Positions 26,872 through 40,734 of a stretch of DNA of 64,000 bases are shown one piece after another. Source of the stretch: Batkoa obscura (lineage: Eukaryota); NCBI GenBank assembly GCA_030770535.1, contig JASVEC010000029.1, forward strand, positions 434,001 through 498,000, in the 5' to 3' direction. Under the pieces are notes generated by a model, which did not search any database, was not told the origin of the DNA, and saw nothing but the letters and a program-made list of their open reading frames with translations. The number at the start of each line of letters is the position of its first letter. The stretch's first letter is position 1. A program made the position numbers and the translations under genes.

Positions 26872-29210
26872 TTATTTCTTTAACAATGCGTTTACAACAT
26901 GATCTACATTCATTTTTTTAAGATCGGTATATGTTTGCCCTGTACCAACAAATAATATTGGCGCCCTAGAGGTAAATGTCATTGATAAAGCTGCTCCAAC
27001 CTAAAATAATTATTAATTATTAATTTTTATTATAATTATTTTAAAGTATTTTAAAGTATTTTATTATTATTTACCTTATCATCAATAGTATCAAATTTGG
27101 TTAAAATAATACCATCAATTTTACGTGGTTGAGCACTACCTGAAAAATCTTCTAATACTTGATTAAATTTCGATAATTGATCTACAGCTTCATTCCCTAC
27201 TAATGCTTCTCCTACAAATATTACTTTATCTGGTTGATTCACTGCTACTAACTAATATATATAAAGATTAAAATATATACAATATAATAATAATAAATAT
27301 AATATTACCCTTGCTAAAGCTTTCATTAAAGATTCATTATTTTGCATTCTACCAGCCGTATCAATTAGTACAACATCAAATCCATTAGAAGCACCTAAAA
27401 TAAAAATAAAAATAAAAATAAAAATAAAAACATAAATATAAACAAATAATTATCATTTACTTACCAAAAGCAATAGCATCTTTAGCAATTGAAGCTGAAT
27501 CTTTACCATACCCTCTTTCATAAAGTTGAACTGAACCATTTTGATTTAATTTTAATAAATTTTTAACATGAACACCTAATTGTTCTACAGCCCCTGAACG
27601 AAATGTATCACATGCTGCTACTAATACTTTTTTTCGATTTTGTAATAACCAAAAACATGTTTTGGATAAATTCGTTGATTTACCTACTCCATTAACACCA
27701 ATAAATGACATTACATATGGCCGTTTTTGGACTGCATTCGCATTATTAATTTCTTTAATAATATCCATTGAAGTCCCAGGTGTTAATATTTGAGTAATGG
27801 ATTCACGTAAAGAATCGGATACTGCTTTTGCTAAACCTAATAAAATTGTTTTATTTTATTCAATAATTGTTTAAAATAATACAATAAACTTACTTTGAAA
27901 TCCGCCTAATTTTTTACCAATAATATCACTTTTAACACTTTCACATAAATGAGAAGCAATTTCTTCAGCTACATTTTTTTGTACCAAATGTTCTTTCATG
28001 TTCGCTAAAACTGGTATCAATTCATCTTCATTAATTACATGTTGTCCAGTTAAACTATTAAAAATCGACATTAATCTTGATTCTGTTTCTACTTTAGGTT
28101 TTGTAAATTGTTCAATGTATTCATAATCTTCTTCTTCTGCTCCATCAATATCTTTTACATCATACGTTCCATCTTCATTATATTCGCCTTTTTCGTTATC
28201 ATCAACCTGTGATTAAATTGATATTAATTAAACATTATAAAAACAACTAAATTACCAATGAGTTAATGATTTCGGAATCGGAGGTATCTTGAGCTTCTGA
28301 ATAATCTAAAGATTTCATCTTGGCTTTACTCATCTGTCCATCCCATACTCTCTTTTCTCTTTTCTTTTTATCGCCTTCAGTACTAATAATAATAAATAAC
28401 TATAATATTTTAAAATAATTTTAATTTACTCTGTTGAAACATTCTCGTCTTTATCATTTTTTGAGCCCTTCTTTTTTGATTTAGGTTTAAATCCCATCGG
28501 TTTTAAAATGGGTGAAATCGATTCTGGTGTACTCATTCCAAGCTCTTCTTTTTCATTATCTTGACCTATTTTATTTTATTAAATTAACTTGTCCTTAAAA
28601 TATAAAGCTTAATTACCAGCTGCTTTTTTGGATGCTTCTAAAGTGGATTGATATTTTTTAGTCTCTTCAAATTTTCTCGGTGTTTTGTTTTTTGCCTTTA
28701 ATAAAATTTAATAAAAATAATTAACAATAAACTAAATTAAATTACCTGTTGAGCATGTCGCTTTTCTATTCCTTTTACAGTTGAATTAAATTTGGTATCA
28801 AAATCAAAAGTTGGAAAAGGAATTTGATTTTCTTCATCTCTTAGTAAATTATTTTGATCAAAATAATTTTTAATATCTTCTTTATATTGTGAACAAAATA
28901 ACTCTTTTAATACATTTAAAAGTTCATCAATATAAGATAACTGTAATATTTTTTGATAAGCTACCTAAAATAAAATTAGTCTTTTTCAAATATAAACTGA
29001 TATTTAATTTACCACAAACACTAAGTCCAATTCGTTTTCAAAGGTCCAATGAAACTTTTGATTATTAAGTAAAGCGGAATTTTCCCCATGTCTTGATTCT
29101 ACAAAGATTTGACTAATCAATTCATCTACAGAAGATAATCGAACCGATCGTAAATTAGCGGTAAATAATACAATACCTCCTTTGGTAAATATAGTAAATA
29201 AATCTAACAT
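26872..29210 (-). CDS. SRP101: Signal recognition particle receptor alpha subunit (multi-exon)
   Basis: [15 protein letters not shown] longin domain; [60 protein letters not shown]. Confidence 0.95.
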
Positions 29211-29642
29211 TTTTTAATATAAATGAAAAGTTAATAAAATGAAAAGTAAAAAAAAATGTAAAGATTTGTAAGTTTATTGCTTTGCTTAAAATTGACCCAT
29301 CAATATTTGACACATTTGACTCATTTCATTGGTTAGAAAATGTGCCACTATGAATTGCCTTTTTTATGCATTTTTAGGATTTAAAAGTGTTCTGTTTCAA
29401 TGGTAATAATCAAGTCTAACAAATTAGTATATGTTATTTTTTAAAATTCAAATATATGAAACAGTACTGATAATATTAACTATAAGTTTAATTATAATAA
29501 ACTTGAAATAAGTAATTTATTTAACTAAAATTTAAAATAAAGGAATAATATTTATTAAATCTTAACTTTATTTAAAAAATAATTTCTTTATTTTCCTTAA
29601 TAAAATTAAATGTCATATAAATTATAGTAAAAATGCTTTCAT

Positions 29643-31191
29643 TTATTCCCAAGTTCCCCAGTCATCATCATCACTCTATAAATTTACTAATTAACATTTC
29701 ATAATTAACATAATTAAACTTACCTTATCATCTGGTTTTTCAATAGCTTTAGTTGTTCCAATTGGTGTATTCTTTCCAGATTCATCAATCAACTCATAGC
29801 TTTCATCTTGTTTCACTGGTTTAGTTGCAGGCTTCTCACTGCTTATTTCTTTTGTTTCTTTAACTTCATCTTCGCTTTTTTTACTTATTTCTGGGACCTC
29901 CTCTTTTACTTTTTCATCTTCTTTTTCATCTTCTTTTTCATCATTTTTCTCATCTTCACCTTCACTTTCATCCCAATTATAAAGTTCAACATCATTATTA
30001 TCAATGGTATCTAACAAATTAGTAAACAGTACTAAGTCATATAATGATTAACTTACCTTTTATCAATTTTTTCCTTTCAATTTCTTCTTGTTCTAACATA
30101 TGTACATTAAAATAATATCTTTTCCAAAATGTTTCTTCATCAATAGAAGTTGGAACTAAATAAAAAGTTAAAAGCAATCATTATCTTATTAAAAAAATTA
30201 CCCATTCTTTCAAAGATTCGTAACATTTCTGAATTCTCTTTTAATAGCTCTTTATTTCCCCTTGAAGACTATTAAAATCAAATCCATTCATAAAGGCTTC
30301 AAATGCTTCTTTTTTATCTGATGTACTTGGATCTTCAATATACGTAGTAGAACTTGACTGAAGTTTTATTAATTTAGCAAACTTTCTGTCAAACCTAAAT
30401 GAAACTAATATTATTACAATTACAATTGAATCAAATTTCACTTACATCATTTTCGTTTCTTGATCTTTAATTTCATCTGGAGCTTCAATAACCACCGCTT
30501 GTTTTAAAAAAGTACTAACATTTTCAGTCAATTTTTCAGCATATTCACCAATACCGGTACTTTTGGATATCTTTTCTGCGTATTCAGTAACTCCAGTAGG
30601 TAGCTTTAATTTTTCAGTGTAATTGCTTAAGCCTGAGCTTTTAGCAAATGAAGTAAATGAAGAAAAAAAAGAGTTTGAGCTAGTTTGAGTAGATGTTGTA
30701 GTTTCCTCACTTTCTCTAGTTTCTTCTTTAGGCTTCTGCCCAAAGGTATTGCTAAATCCTAAAGATAATTTGTTGATCCCAGTATTCAAAGAATCCATTG
30801 AAAAATTGGCATCTTTTTTTAAATTAGTGACCAATTCATTTACGTCATCTTTATAATATTCTTGTACTTCTTCACCCTAATTGTATTTTTATAAATTGAA
30901 AGTATAAGATAAATTAAAGCCATTTACCTTCTTTTTAAAAGCTTCAAATAAAGATTCTAAAGGTTGAGTTATATTTTTTGAAATTTCGGGTAACTTTTTC
31001 ACTTGAAAATGATCTTCTCCAATTTCTCCCTCTTGAGTTAGAGTTTCATTAGTCTCATCGCTCTCTTTATGGGGTAATATCTCTTTTGTGGTTTCAACTA
31101 CTTTATCTTTAACTTTTTCAATTAATTCTTCGGTTACCGCTGCATTTTCATTTGATATCCTTGCCTCTGCTAAATGTGGAAAATCATCCAT
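29643..31191 (-). CDS. BSD-domain protein (Dos2/BSDC1-like; multi-exon)
   Basis: 'TTYIEDP', 'VPTSIDEETFWKRYYF' BSD signature, acidic tail ending DDDDWGTWE*. Confidence 0.75.
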
Positions 31192-32289
31192 TTTTTATAA
31201 AAGAAATAGATGGCTTTTATTTTTTGTTTAATTAGTAGTCATTTTTTTATTGGGCTAAATGTGTCGTTTATTGAATGGTAAATAGTTTGAAAATTATTTA
31301 AATTAATGCAAGTTATTATCAAATATATAATTTATTTATTTATATAATAATTAATACATAAATATGCTTAACTTATCATCAATCGATAAATGCCTTTGAG
31401 AAGGTTTACTTTGTCGAATTAGCATGAAATAGGCAGTTTCCTTACCTGATTTTTATAATCATGTGTTATAAATATATTGTAAATAAAAAAGGTTAATTAT
31501 TATTATTGCTATTATTATAAAATCAAGTATTTTTAAATTAAAATGCTAAGACTAATTATTATTCAAAGATTTATAAAATCATATATTAATCTATAGTATA
31601 AAATTTATATTCTTTATTTCTATAGAACATAGATAAGTTATCAAATACTTTATTGATGTAAAGGAGGAAAAAAGTTAACGGAGAGTTCATAAAGCCTACA
31701 TAAATAGTAATCCCTATCTCTATCATATATTTTTTATAAGGTGCTACTCAGATATTTTTTAAAATCTTAGTAGCTAAATATGTTTTGATTAATTAAAATT
31801 GTATATTCGATTAATCTAAATTTCTATTAATTGTTAAATCTTATTAAAAATCTATTTTATCATGAATATTGTAAAACTATTTTTTTAAAAGACTAAATAT
31901 ATTAGTAAATTAATTATTTATTATTGTACTGATTATTGATTACTGTTTAAATGGTTATTTTACTAACATCAATTGTTGATTATTGATATTTTAAAATAAA
32001 GTATTTTAAAATCAAAAACTATTAATTAGTTATTGTTACTTTATTATGTCGATTAACTATATATTTTAATATTGATTACTTATTAGTGTATTATTATGTT
32101 AATCTATGTTATAAGTTGATGAATCAGTTACTTATATTAATATGTTAAAATAAAACAATACAAAAACTCATAGAATCTAATTGAAACCCAATATCTTCCT
32201 ACTCAGTTTTGTTGACTTTATTTTATCCCTTTGACAACTCAACATCAGTAGTAATATCCAATTAAAACAATATTGTGTCATTCTCTTCT

Positions 32290-33092
32290 ATTAAACAAAT
32301 AGCAGCTATAAATATTAATACATTACAACAAACTTATAATATGAGCATATATAAGAACAATGATCAAGTTCTATATAGAATTCCTCCAAACTTTCGGACT
32401 TCTCTTTAAACTCCTCTGATAAGGACTTTGGTATTTATAAAACATCACTTCAATATGCAATAGTGATAAATTTTTCGAACGTTAATTTTTATGTTCATAA
32501 ATTGAAGGATAAAAAGGCTGGAGTAAATTCTAAAGATGCTTTTAAACATATAATCAAAAAATTTAAATACTACCCAAGTGTTACATTTGATGGATTACAT
32601 AAATTCATGGTTGGGTTTAAAAGTGAAAAAGATAAAGAATTAACCTTAAGCCAGAAATGGAATGCTAACGAATATAAAATTACTTCATTCAAAGCATGTC
32701 ATACTTCGGAAATTATTGTGCGTTTGGCATTATTGAATACTGCAAATGAATTTATAGGAAAAGAGCTAGAGGAAAAATTGACACCAAGTTTTTGTGTTTA
32801 TGGAAAAGTTATTTCATGTATACTATTAGTGAAAAATGCACATTCTTATCATTCTGATGCTATAATAAAATTTCTTATATCAAATGATGAAGTGTTATAT
32901 AACAAGCTAGTAATACCAACTCGGTTTTTAACAAACAAAGACCTTTTACTTGTTGCTTGTTACTTGTTACTTGTATGTATGAACCAATTAAACTTAAATG
33001 TATCCCTTATGGAGGAACTAGCTATAAGAATTATCAATGTAGAAGCATCTAAAGCTCAGAAAAATCATTTAATTCCACAGAAAACAATCTAA
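32290..33092 (+). pseudogene. Second decayed LINE ORF1/Gag-like relic, paralogous to 15810-16665
   Basis: 'VGFKSEKDKELTLSQKWNANEYK...KELEEKLTPSFCVYGKVISC...NDEVLYNKLVIPTRFL'. A frameshifted degenerate knuckle 'CIPYGGTSYKNYQC' lies near 32998-33040. Confidence 0.6.
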
Positions 33093-33632
33093 ATGATAAT
33101 TTATAATTTAAAATGTTAATATTTTAGATTATTTGTATCAACTTATATTTTACAGTTTATTAAAATATTTTAATAACAAAAGCAACTTGAGCCTTATTAT
33201 AGCTAAAAGTTTAAACATTATATTAATAGAATTTTGAATTTTTATTCTATTTACATCATGATTTTTGTTATTTTGTATGTGTTACTATTCTAATGTGTTT
33301 TTATTCTTTAATTATTTGTAAAATAAAATTACATTGACTTAAATATTTGACTAATTTATTAGCAATTTATAATTTATAATTTTTTTTTTAAAACGAAAAG
33401 CATCTTAAAGGAAATGAGAATGTCAAGTGAATTGTCACAAAATGAAGCCAATTAAAAGAATACTGCGAGCTCCTAGCTAAAAATAAGATTAGTCAAATAA
33501 ACTGTGAAGAAAACTTAATAAACTGCGAAAACTTAAAATCCCATTATAAAATTAACGTTTAAGCATAATTAGAAACAAATTAGAAATTGAATAGATTTGT
33601 TATTGGAATAAACCAAATAATAAACTTTTAAA

Positions 33633-35269
<1,637 letters not shown>

Positions 35270-35735
35270 GTTGTTATAGAGCTGCCTTGTGTCTGAATTA
35301 ATTTTTGTGGATTAAAATAAAATCAGAAAATTAATTATGTGAATTAAATGAATTTAAATATTTATCTTTAAAACCAACCTATAATGATGGAATTATGGTA
35401 GTTTAAAGTTTTTTATTATGAATAAAAAGCTAGCCTATCAGTTTAATAGGTTTATTATATTCAGTTTAGATTAATAGTGATTATAATACTTTTAGTTTAA
35501 TCTATAATATCTGGATCTTATATTTAAATAACAAGTATATCTTATAACATTAAATCAATTTTAATCATTTTAAATTTTAATAAAGTGCCTGCCTTCAAAA
35601 GCTATTAATCTACTATAGATAACGCCGCTAATCAATAGACTCCTATTTTATACAAAAATACCAAATAAACCTATTTGTTTCTAATTTTATTATTATGGCT
35701 TACTATTAAAATCAATCAATTTCTTTTTGTAACTT

Positions 35736-36609
35736 TTAAAGTTCATCATCATCATCATCCAACACAAAACCATCTGAAGTAGCAATTTGTTGTAAAGTAT
35801 ACTCATTATCGAACTGGCCAGGGGAGCTCGATCCATTGGCCATTCTTGAACTTAAACTAGTAAAGTCAATTGTGTTTTCACGTGCACTTAAATTTCTTTT
35901 GTTCCTATAGTAAAATAATATTAAAATTAATGACTTAATAAAAGTAAAATTGATTTACTTTCTTAACGCAAATAAAAGACGAATAAATTGTACAATACTA
36001 CGGATAGCAATTATTACTGTTTCTATTATCTCTTCGCTTCTAGCCCCTTGCGAACAGCCTGAGGCCAATATTATAAGCGTTATTACACATAATAATACCA
36101 ATACTAAGTCAATAATATTTGATTTTGATTCCCAATACGACTATAAAAGAGATAATTAATTATGTTGATTTTTAGCCTATAAACTTACATAGCCTTCAGC
36201 AATAATCCTTATACCAACTTCAATAATCATCACAATATTAATTAAAACTTCTAGAATTATAAACCATGTGGAAGGGCTTAAATACAATTAATTAATTAAT
36301 GAATTCGAACATTACTTAAAAAACTACCATGTATCTTCTACTATGGACTATAACGGAAAACATTAGCCATTATAGATTATAAATAAAGTACTTTGTTACC
36401 AAGATCATAGTTACTAAAGATAACAAAAACATGGAAATATATAGGATGGTATAAAACCTTGAATAAAGTAGTCGGTTTGCAAAGCTATGAACTATTTCTT
36501 TGAAGCTCATATTATGCTGAGTTACATGAGTCCTATAATGATCTTTAATTTAATTCAATTTGTTCTCTATTGTTGGTTACCTTCCTGTTTCTAAATTATT
36601 ATATTCCAT
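35736..36609 (-). CDS. Small 4-TM protein resembling a stand-alone voltage-sensor domain (S1-S4, no pore); multi-exon, absent from ORF track
   Basis: Spliced translation: ANRLLYSRFYTILYISMFLLSLVTMIL / WFIILEVLINIVMIIEVGIRIIA / YWESKSNIIDLVLVLLCVITLIIL / EEIIETVIIAIRSIVQFIRLLFALRKNKR, then an acidic tail DDDDEL*. Confidence 0.7.
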
Positions 36610-37012
36610 TATTTTAAAAGGTTGAAAAAAAATCTTTTTAAAAAAAGGTGAAATTGTAATTCGTAGTTATTTAATTTGTTTTATAAATCCTTGACTTTGG
36701 AATTAAGCTATGAATAACACCTGAAATTGTAATAAAGCTATAAATAACTAATGGCTATATCCGGTTCTATTAACTAAATCATAGCTTATAATTACCATAT
36801 TAAAATAAATACAGTACTTCAAATAATTTATTTTGACATTTACTAATATAATTCTCATAACTCTTAAGTGACTAGCGATAAAATTGAATGTAATATGTTA
36901 TAATAAAACACATTTAATAACTATTTATTATTACTAAAGCTTGTAATAACTTAATGATTAAAAAAAAATTAAATTATTTATTAAAATCATAGCGACTAAA
37001 TAAAAGCTAATA

Positions 37013-37969
37013 TCAAACTACTTTAGAAGCTGGCTTTCTCCATCTTAGAGAGAAAGCAAAGATATTAACTATAGCGCAAAGAGCAATAATGGAGATACAC
37101 CAAAAGAAGCCCAAGATATCAGAAAGGCAGCCCATGGGTGGGGAACCTGGTTGTACATTTCTTAAGTTAGTAATAGCGAAAAGGATAGTGGTACCCATTG
37201 CTAAAAAGGCAGGGTTTTCTCTACGATTTATTACAACATCAAAAGTAACTATGGATAATGAAATAGCCAAAGACCACATGACTAAATTAATAAAAATCGA
37301 AAATACTTTGGTGGCTATTGGCTGTTCTACCAAGATAGCTACCCCTACAGACTCCAAATCGATGTATTGAAAACCAGTACGAACCTCATCATCGAGTTCA
37401 CTAATTTTTTCAATAATTATTGAAGGAGAATAGATCTGTAATGAAGGTTCAAAATCTATTACTAAAGGTATATGTTGTTTTTTACTATCTTGACAATTTA
37501 CTGTAAACCTAGAGATAAACTGTTCAAATGGATAATCTAAAATATTGCCCATAATCATTGGTATTTTTAAACTAATTGGTGGTACTGGTTTATCCTTAGT
37601 TAATGCAGAGTTGGTATAAACAAAGTCACATGTCATATTTGAAACTGGTAGTCCAACCTCAGTAGCATAGTCTTTACCATATAGTTTAATACTTCCATAT
37701 AAATTAATATTCCTAGTTACTGCTTCAACATTATAAAATCCGAAATTAATATATATCCCACTAAAGCTACTTTCATCTATAACTCCATCAGAATTAATGA
37801 TATGTTTATCTGCATATAAGCCAAGCAGTGGATCGTCTTTGTTCAATATCCTTGTCACTAAAATTGGTAACACTATTCCAAACCATAGCAATATTCCGAG
37901 TGCCGAAATGATCAAGTTTTTTCTATTCGAGAGTAAACTTGTTGTAGTCCCTTTCTTAGTTGTTTCCAT
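37013..37969 (-). CDS. DUF4436-family membrane protein (N-terminal TM, beta-rich ectodomain, three C-terminal TMs); intronless
   Basis: 'GNILDYPFEQF' and 'LFAITNLRNVQPGSPPMGCLSDILGFFW' match the remembered DUF4436 consensus. The likely start is ATG 37969 (METTKK). Confidence 0.7.
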   Translation of the reverse strand: METTKKGTTTSLLSNRKNLIISALGILLWFGIVLPILVTRILNKDDPLLGLYADKHIINSDGVIDESSFSGIYINFGFYNVEAVTRNINLYGSIKLYGKDYATEVGLPVSNMTCDFVYTNSALTKDKPVPPISLKIPMIMGNILDYPFEQFISRFTVNCQDSKKQHIPLVIDFEPSLQIYSPSIIIEKISELDDEVRTGFQYIDLESVGVAILVEQPIATKVFSIFINLVMWSLAISLSIVTFDVVINRRENPAFLAMGTTILFAITNLRNVQPGSPPMGCLSDILGFFWCISIIALCAIVNIFAFSLRWRKPASKVV

Positions 37970-38707
37970 TATAAATTGAAAAAAAAAATAAATCCTTAAT
38001 TTGTGCTTCCTATTATTATGTTCTTTTATCAAGTAATTTATTAATTTTAATATAAATTATTTTTCTTTTGGTGTTATTACTATATTTGGTAAGAAATTTT
38101 CCAAAGTTTAGGTTTTACAAAAGCTAGCTTTTGAAGTCAGATCCAAATGACTTTCATTGTAATAGCTTAAATGATAGTCTTTCAACAGTAATGAAGTAAA
38201 ATAAATTGGTTGAACTAGGCATTTTTATATTCAGCTTCAGAAAACTTTATATACATCAATAGTATATAATAACCTTTTAGTATTAGATACATTAAAATGT
38301 AGTAGAAGCAAAATATATTTATGAATTTCGTGTTAGTTGAAAATAATTTTAATAAAAGCATTGTTAAAAAAATATATCGTTTCTTCATAATAATAAGTAA
38401 TATTGCATTCATACAATGAAAATATAAGAAACGTCTCCAAATAATATATTTAAAGCTGAGATTATTTAAAATATCATTCAGTATTTTTTTTGTAATCAAA
38501 CTATTCTGAACTAATCAACAAACGCAATATTTAATAAAAACGAATAAACATACCAAAAGTATTATTCTCCTTTAAAAATATAAACATTTAATTCTATCGT
38601 TGTAAAAAAGGACTACTCACTTAATAAACTAACTTGTAATAAAACCAATTGTTTCAAAGTATTTTTACTTGAATATTTGAGCCTAACGATAATCTCATTA
38701 CAAATGC

Positions 38708-39244
38708 TTAATTATAGCCTTCATCTTGATCCTCATAAATCCTGTTAACACTTCCATCTCTAGGGATATAAGGTATGCCTCTTGATTCTAACTCATCTTC
38801 TACATCATCTGGTATTCTACCAAACACCTGAAGCGCATACAGGCCAGGCTGAAAAGAATCTTGAAATAAATTTAATTTAAAAGAAATTTCTCTAACTTTA
38901 GATTTTACCTATATGTTGAAATCGACATGCCCAAGAGTTCTGAGGTCTTAAAGCAGCTATCATTCTAATACTTTTTAATATTTTAATTGCTGGTTTGTCT
39001 TTATTTTTTACCCTTTGAAGTTATTTGTTGTACATTCATTGACACGGTTCGCTTTTCTTTTCATTCGCAATATCTCTTCGCAGTTTTCACAACCATTCGC
39101 TTTAAATAAATGCGCACTCTATATAAAAAAAGCAAAAAATTACTATTATTTTTAGATTATTTTGATCGATACTACCTTCACCAAAGAACACAAAAGACAC
39201 GCTCTTAACGTTCTAAAATCTTCTGGGATAACACTATAATTCAT
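38708..39244 (-). CDS. SPT4: Transcription elongation factor Spt4 (4 exons; absent from ORF track)
   Basis: [11 protein letters not shown] / NGCENC...[12 protein letters not shown] / SWACRFQHI / [13 protein letters not shown]...IPYIPRDGS. Confidence 0.92.
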
Positions 39245-39315
39245 TACGATTTATCAAAAAATAATAAATTAATTTTTTGAATTTTTATTTTCTAAGCTTC
39301 ACTTTATTTTTTAAA

Positions 39316-40695
39316 ATGTCAAATTATCCTCTAGTGTTTCAACAAGAGAGTATTAATGACTCAGTGAAATCCAAACTAATTGAAATAGACCCAGAAATAT
39401 CGAAAGACTTTGAAGACTTACTAAATAACAGTAAGAAATCAAAGTAATAGGCTATTGTTATTGAATATATACTTGAAACTCATTATCAATTTTAGTCTAA
39501 GTTTCAAAGGAGAGCCTTCAGAAGAAGTAGTATTATGTTCAGCCGATAAAACATATTTAATAAAACAAGCACCCACTTCGGACAGCTTGCTAATCACAGA
39601 GATCAAAAATAAGGATTATAATGTCTCAAAGATATTAAATAATACCCACATAATGGAGTTAATACCAGGAAGACTATTGAAAGCTTATCAACTAATTGAG
39701 AGAAGTAGCTATAACGGGGTTCATAATGAACATAGGATCGATCCTTTAAAAGTAATCTTAAATTATGTACATTTTTTGTCATTTATATTTTAAAAAAGCT
39801 ACTTAGTTTAGAACAAATTAAATATTCAGTTCAAGCAAGTGACAAAGAGATCGAAGAATATTTAAAAGAGTTAAACACAATTGATTTAGATGGTAACTTT
39901 TAATAAATGGTATCAACTAATTTTGATTCAAATTTTTAGGAAAAATAAGACTCGTGAATAGCGATTATTTATATGATTTACTAGATATGCTTTTAAGCTA
40001 TATATCTTCATTAGGATTAAATAATAGTCAATTTGAAGAGCAAATGATTCTTGATTTTATTGATAACCAAGACATTGATCCTGTTGTTTTCAGGCATTGC
40101 TTTTATTGTTTTACTTTAGTAAATTCAGGTAATAGTAATATATAGCAGTAAAACGTAATATAACATATTTAAAAAACAGATGGTAAATATTCATTAAATA
40201 AAGTTAAAATAGCAAGGTTTGTAGGTTTATTAATAATGAATGAAAAAAGGATTCGATCTACTGTAATAAAGTTTATTATTTATTTACTTCATTCTAATAC
40301 TTAAACTAGGGCCCAATTTCTATTTATGATTTCCTACAAACTTGGAATGAAAAGCTAAGTGAGTTTGAATTAAAGATGGATTTGTTAAATGTAATTAATT
40401 AGTATTAAATATAAACTATACTAACAAAAATATGACTTAGGGACTATACTATAAAGATAGTAAGTTCGACGAATATATACACCCTATAAATCCATTATTG
40501 TTGCCATATGATATAAAAGAAAGGTTCCAAGCTATTTATAGTATAAAAAATCCATGGCAAGAAGAAGAACTAAAAGAGATCATGGAGCCATTATTAGTTA
40601 ATTATGATATTAGAGAAAAAGGATTGATTTATTTGAAATATTGTAAATTTATAATTCAAGAAGGGAAAACATTATTATATAAGAAAATGAAATAA
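39316..40695 (+). CDS. DCC1: Sister chromatid cohesion protein Dcc1 (multi-exon)
   Basis: 'FKGEPSEEVVLCSADKTYLIKQAPTSDSLL', 'VQASDKEIEEYL', 'LPYDIKERFQAIYSIKNPW'. Confidence 0.85.
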
Positions 40696-40734
40696 ACAAG
40701 ATAATAAACGTCTAAATTCATACAATTAAATATA

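Noticed and set aside
31790..32150. AT-rich stretch with a short palindrome (attttaaaat...attttaaaat) as a foldback element
   Set aside because: The arms do not extend convincingly. It is compatible with chance in extremely AT-rich DNA.
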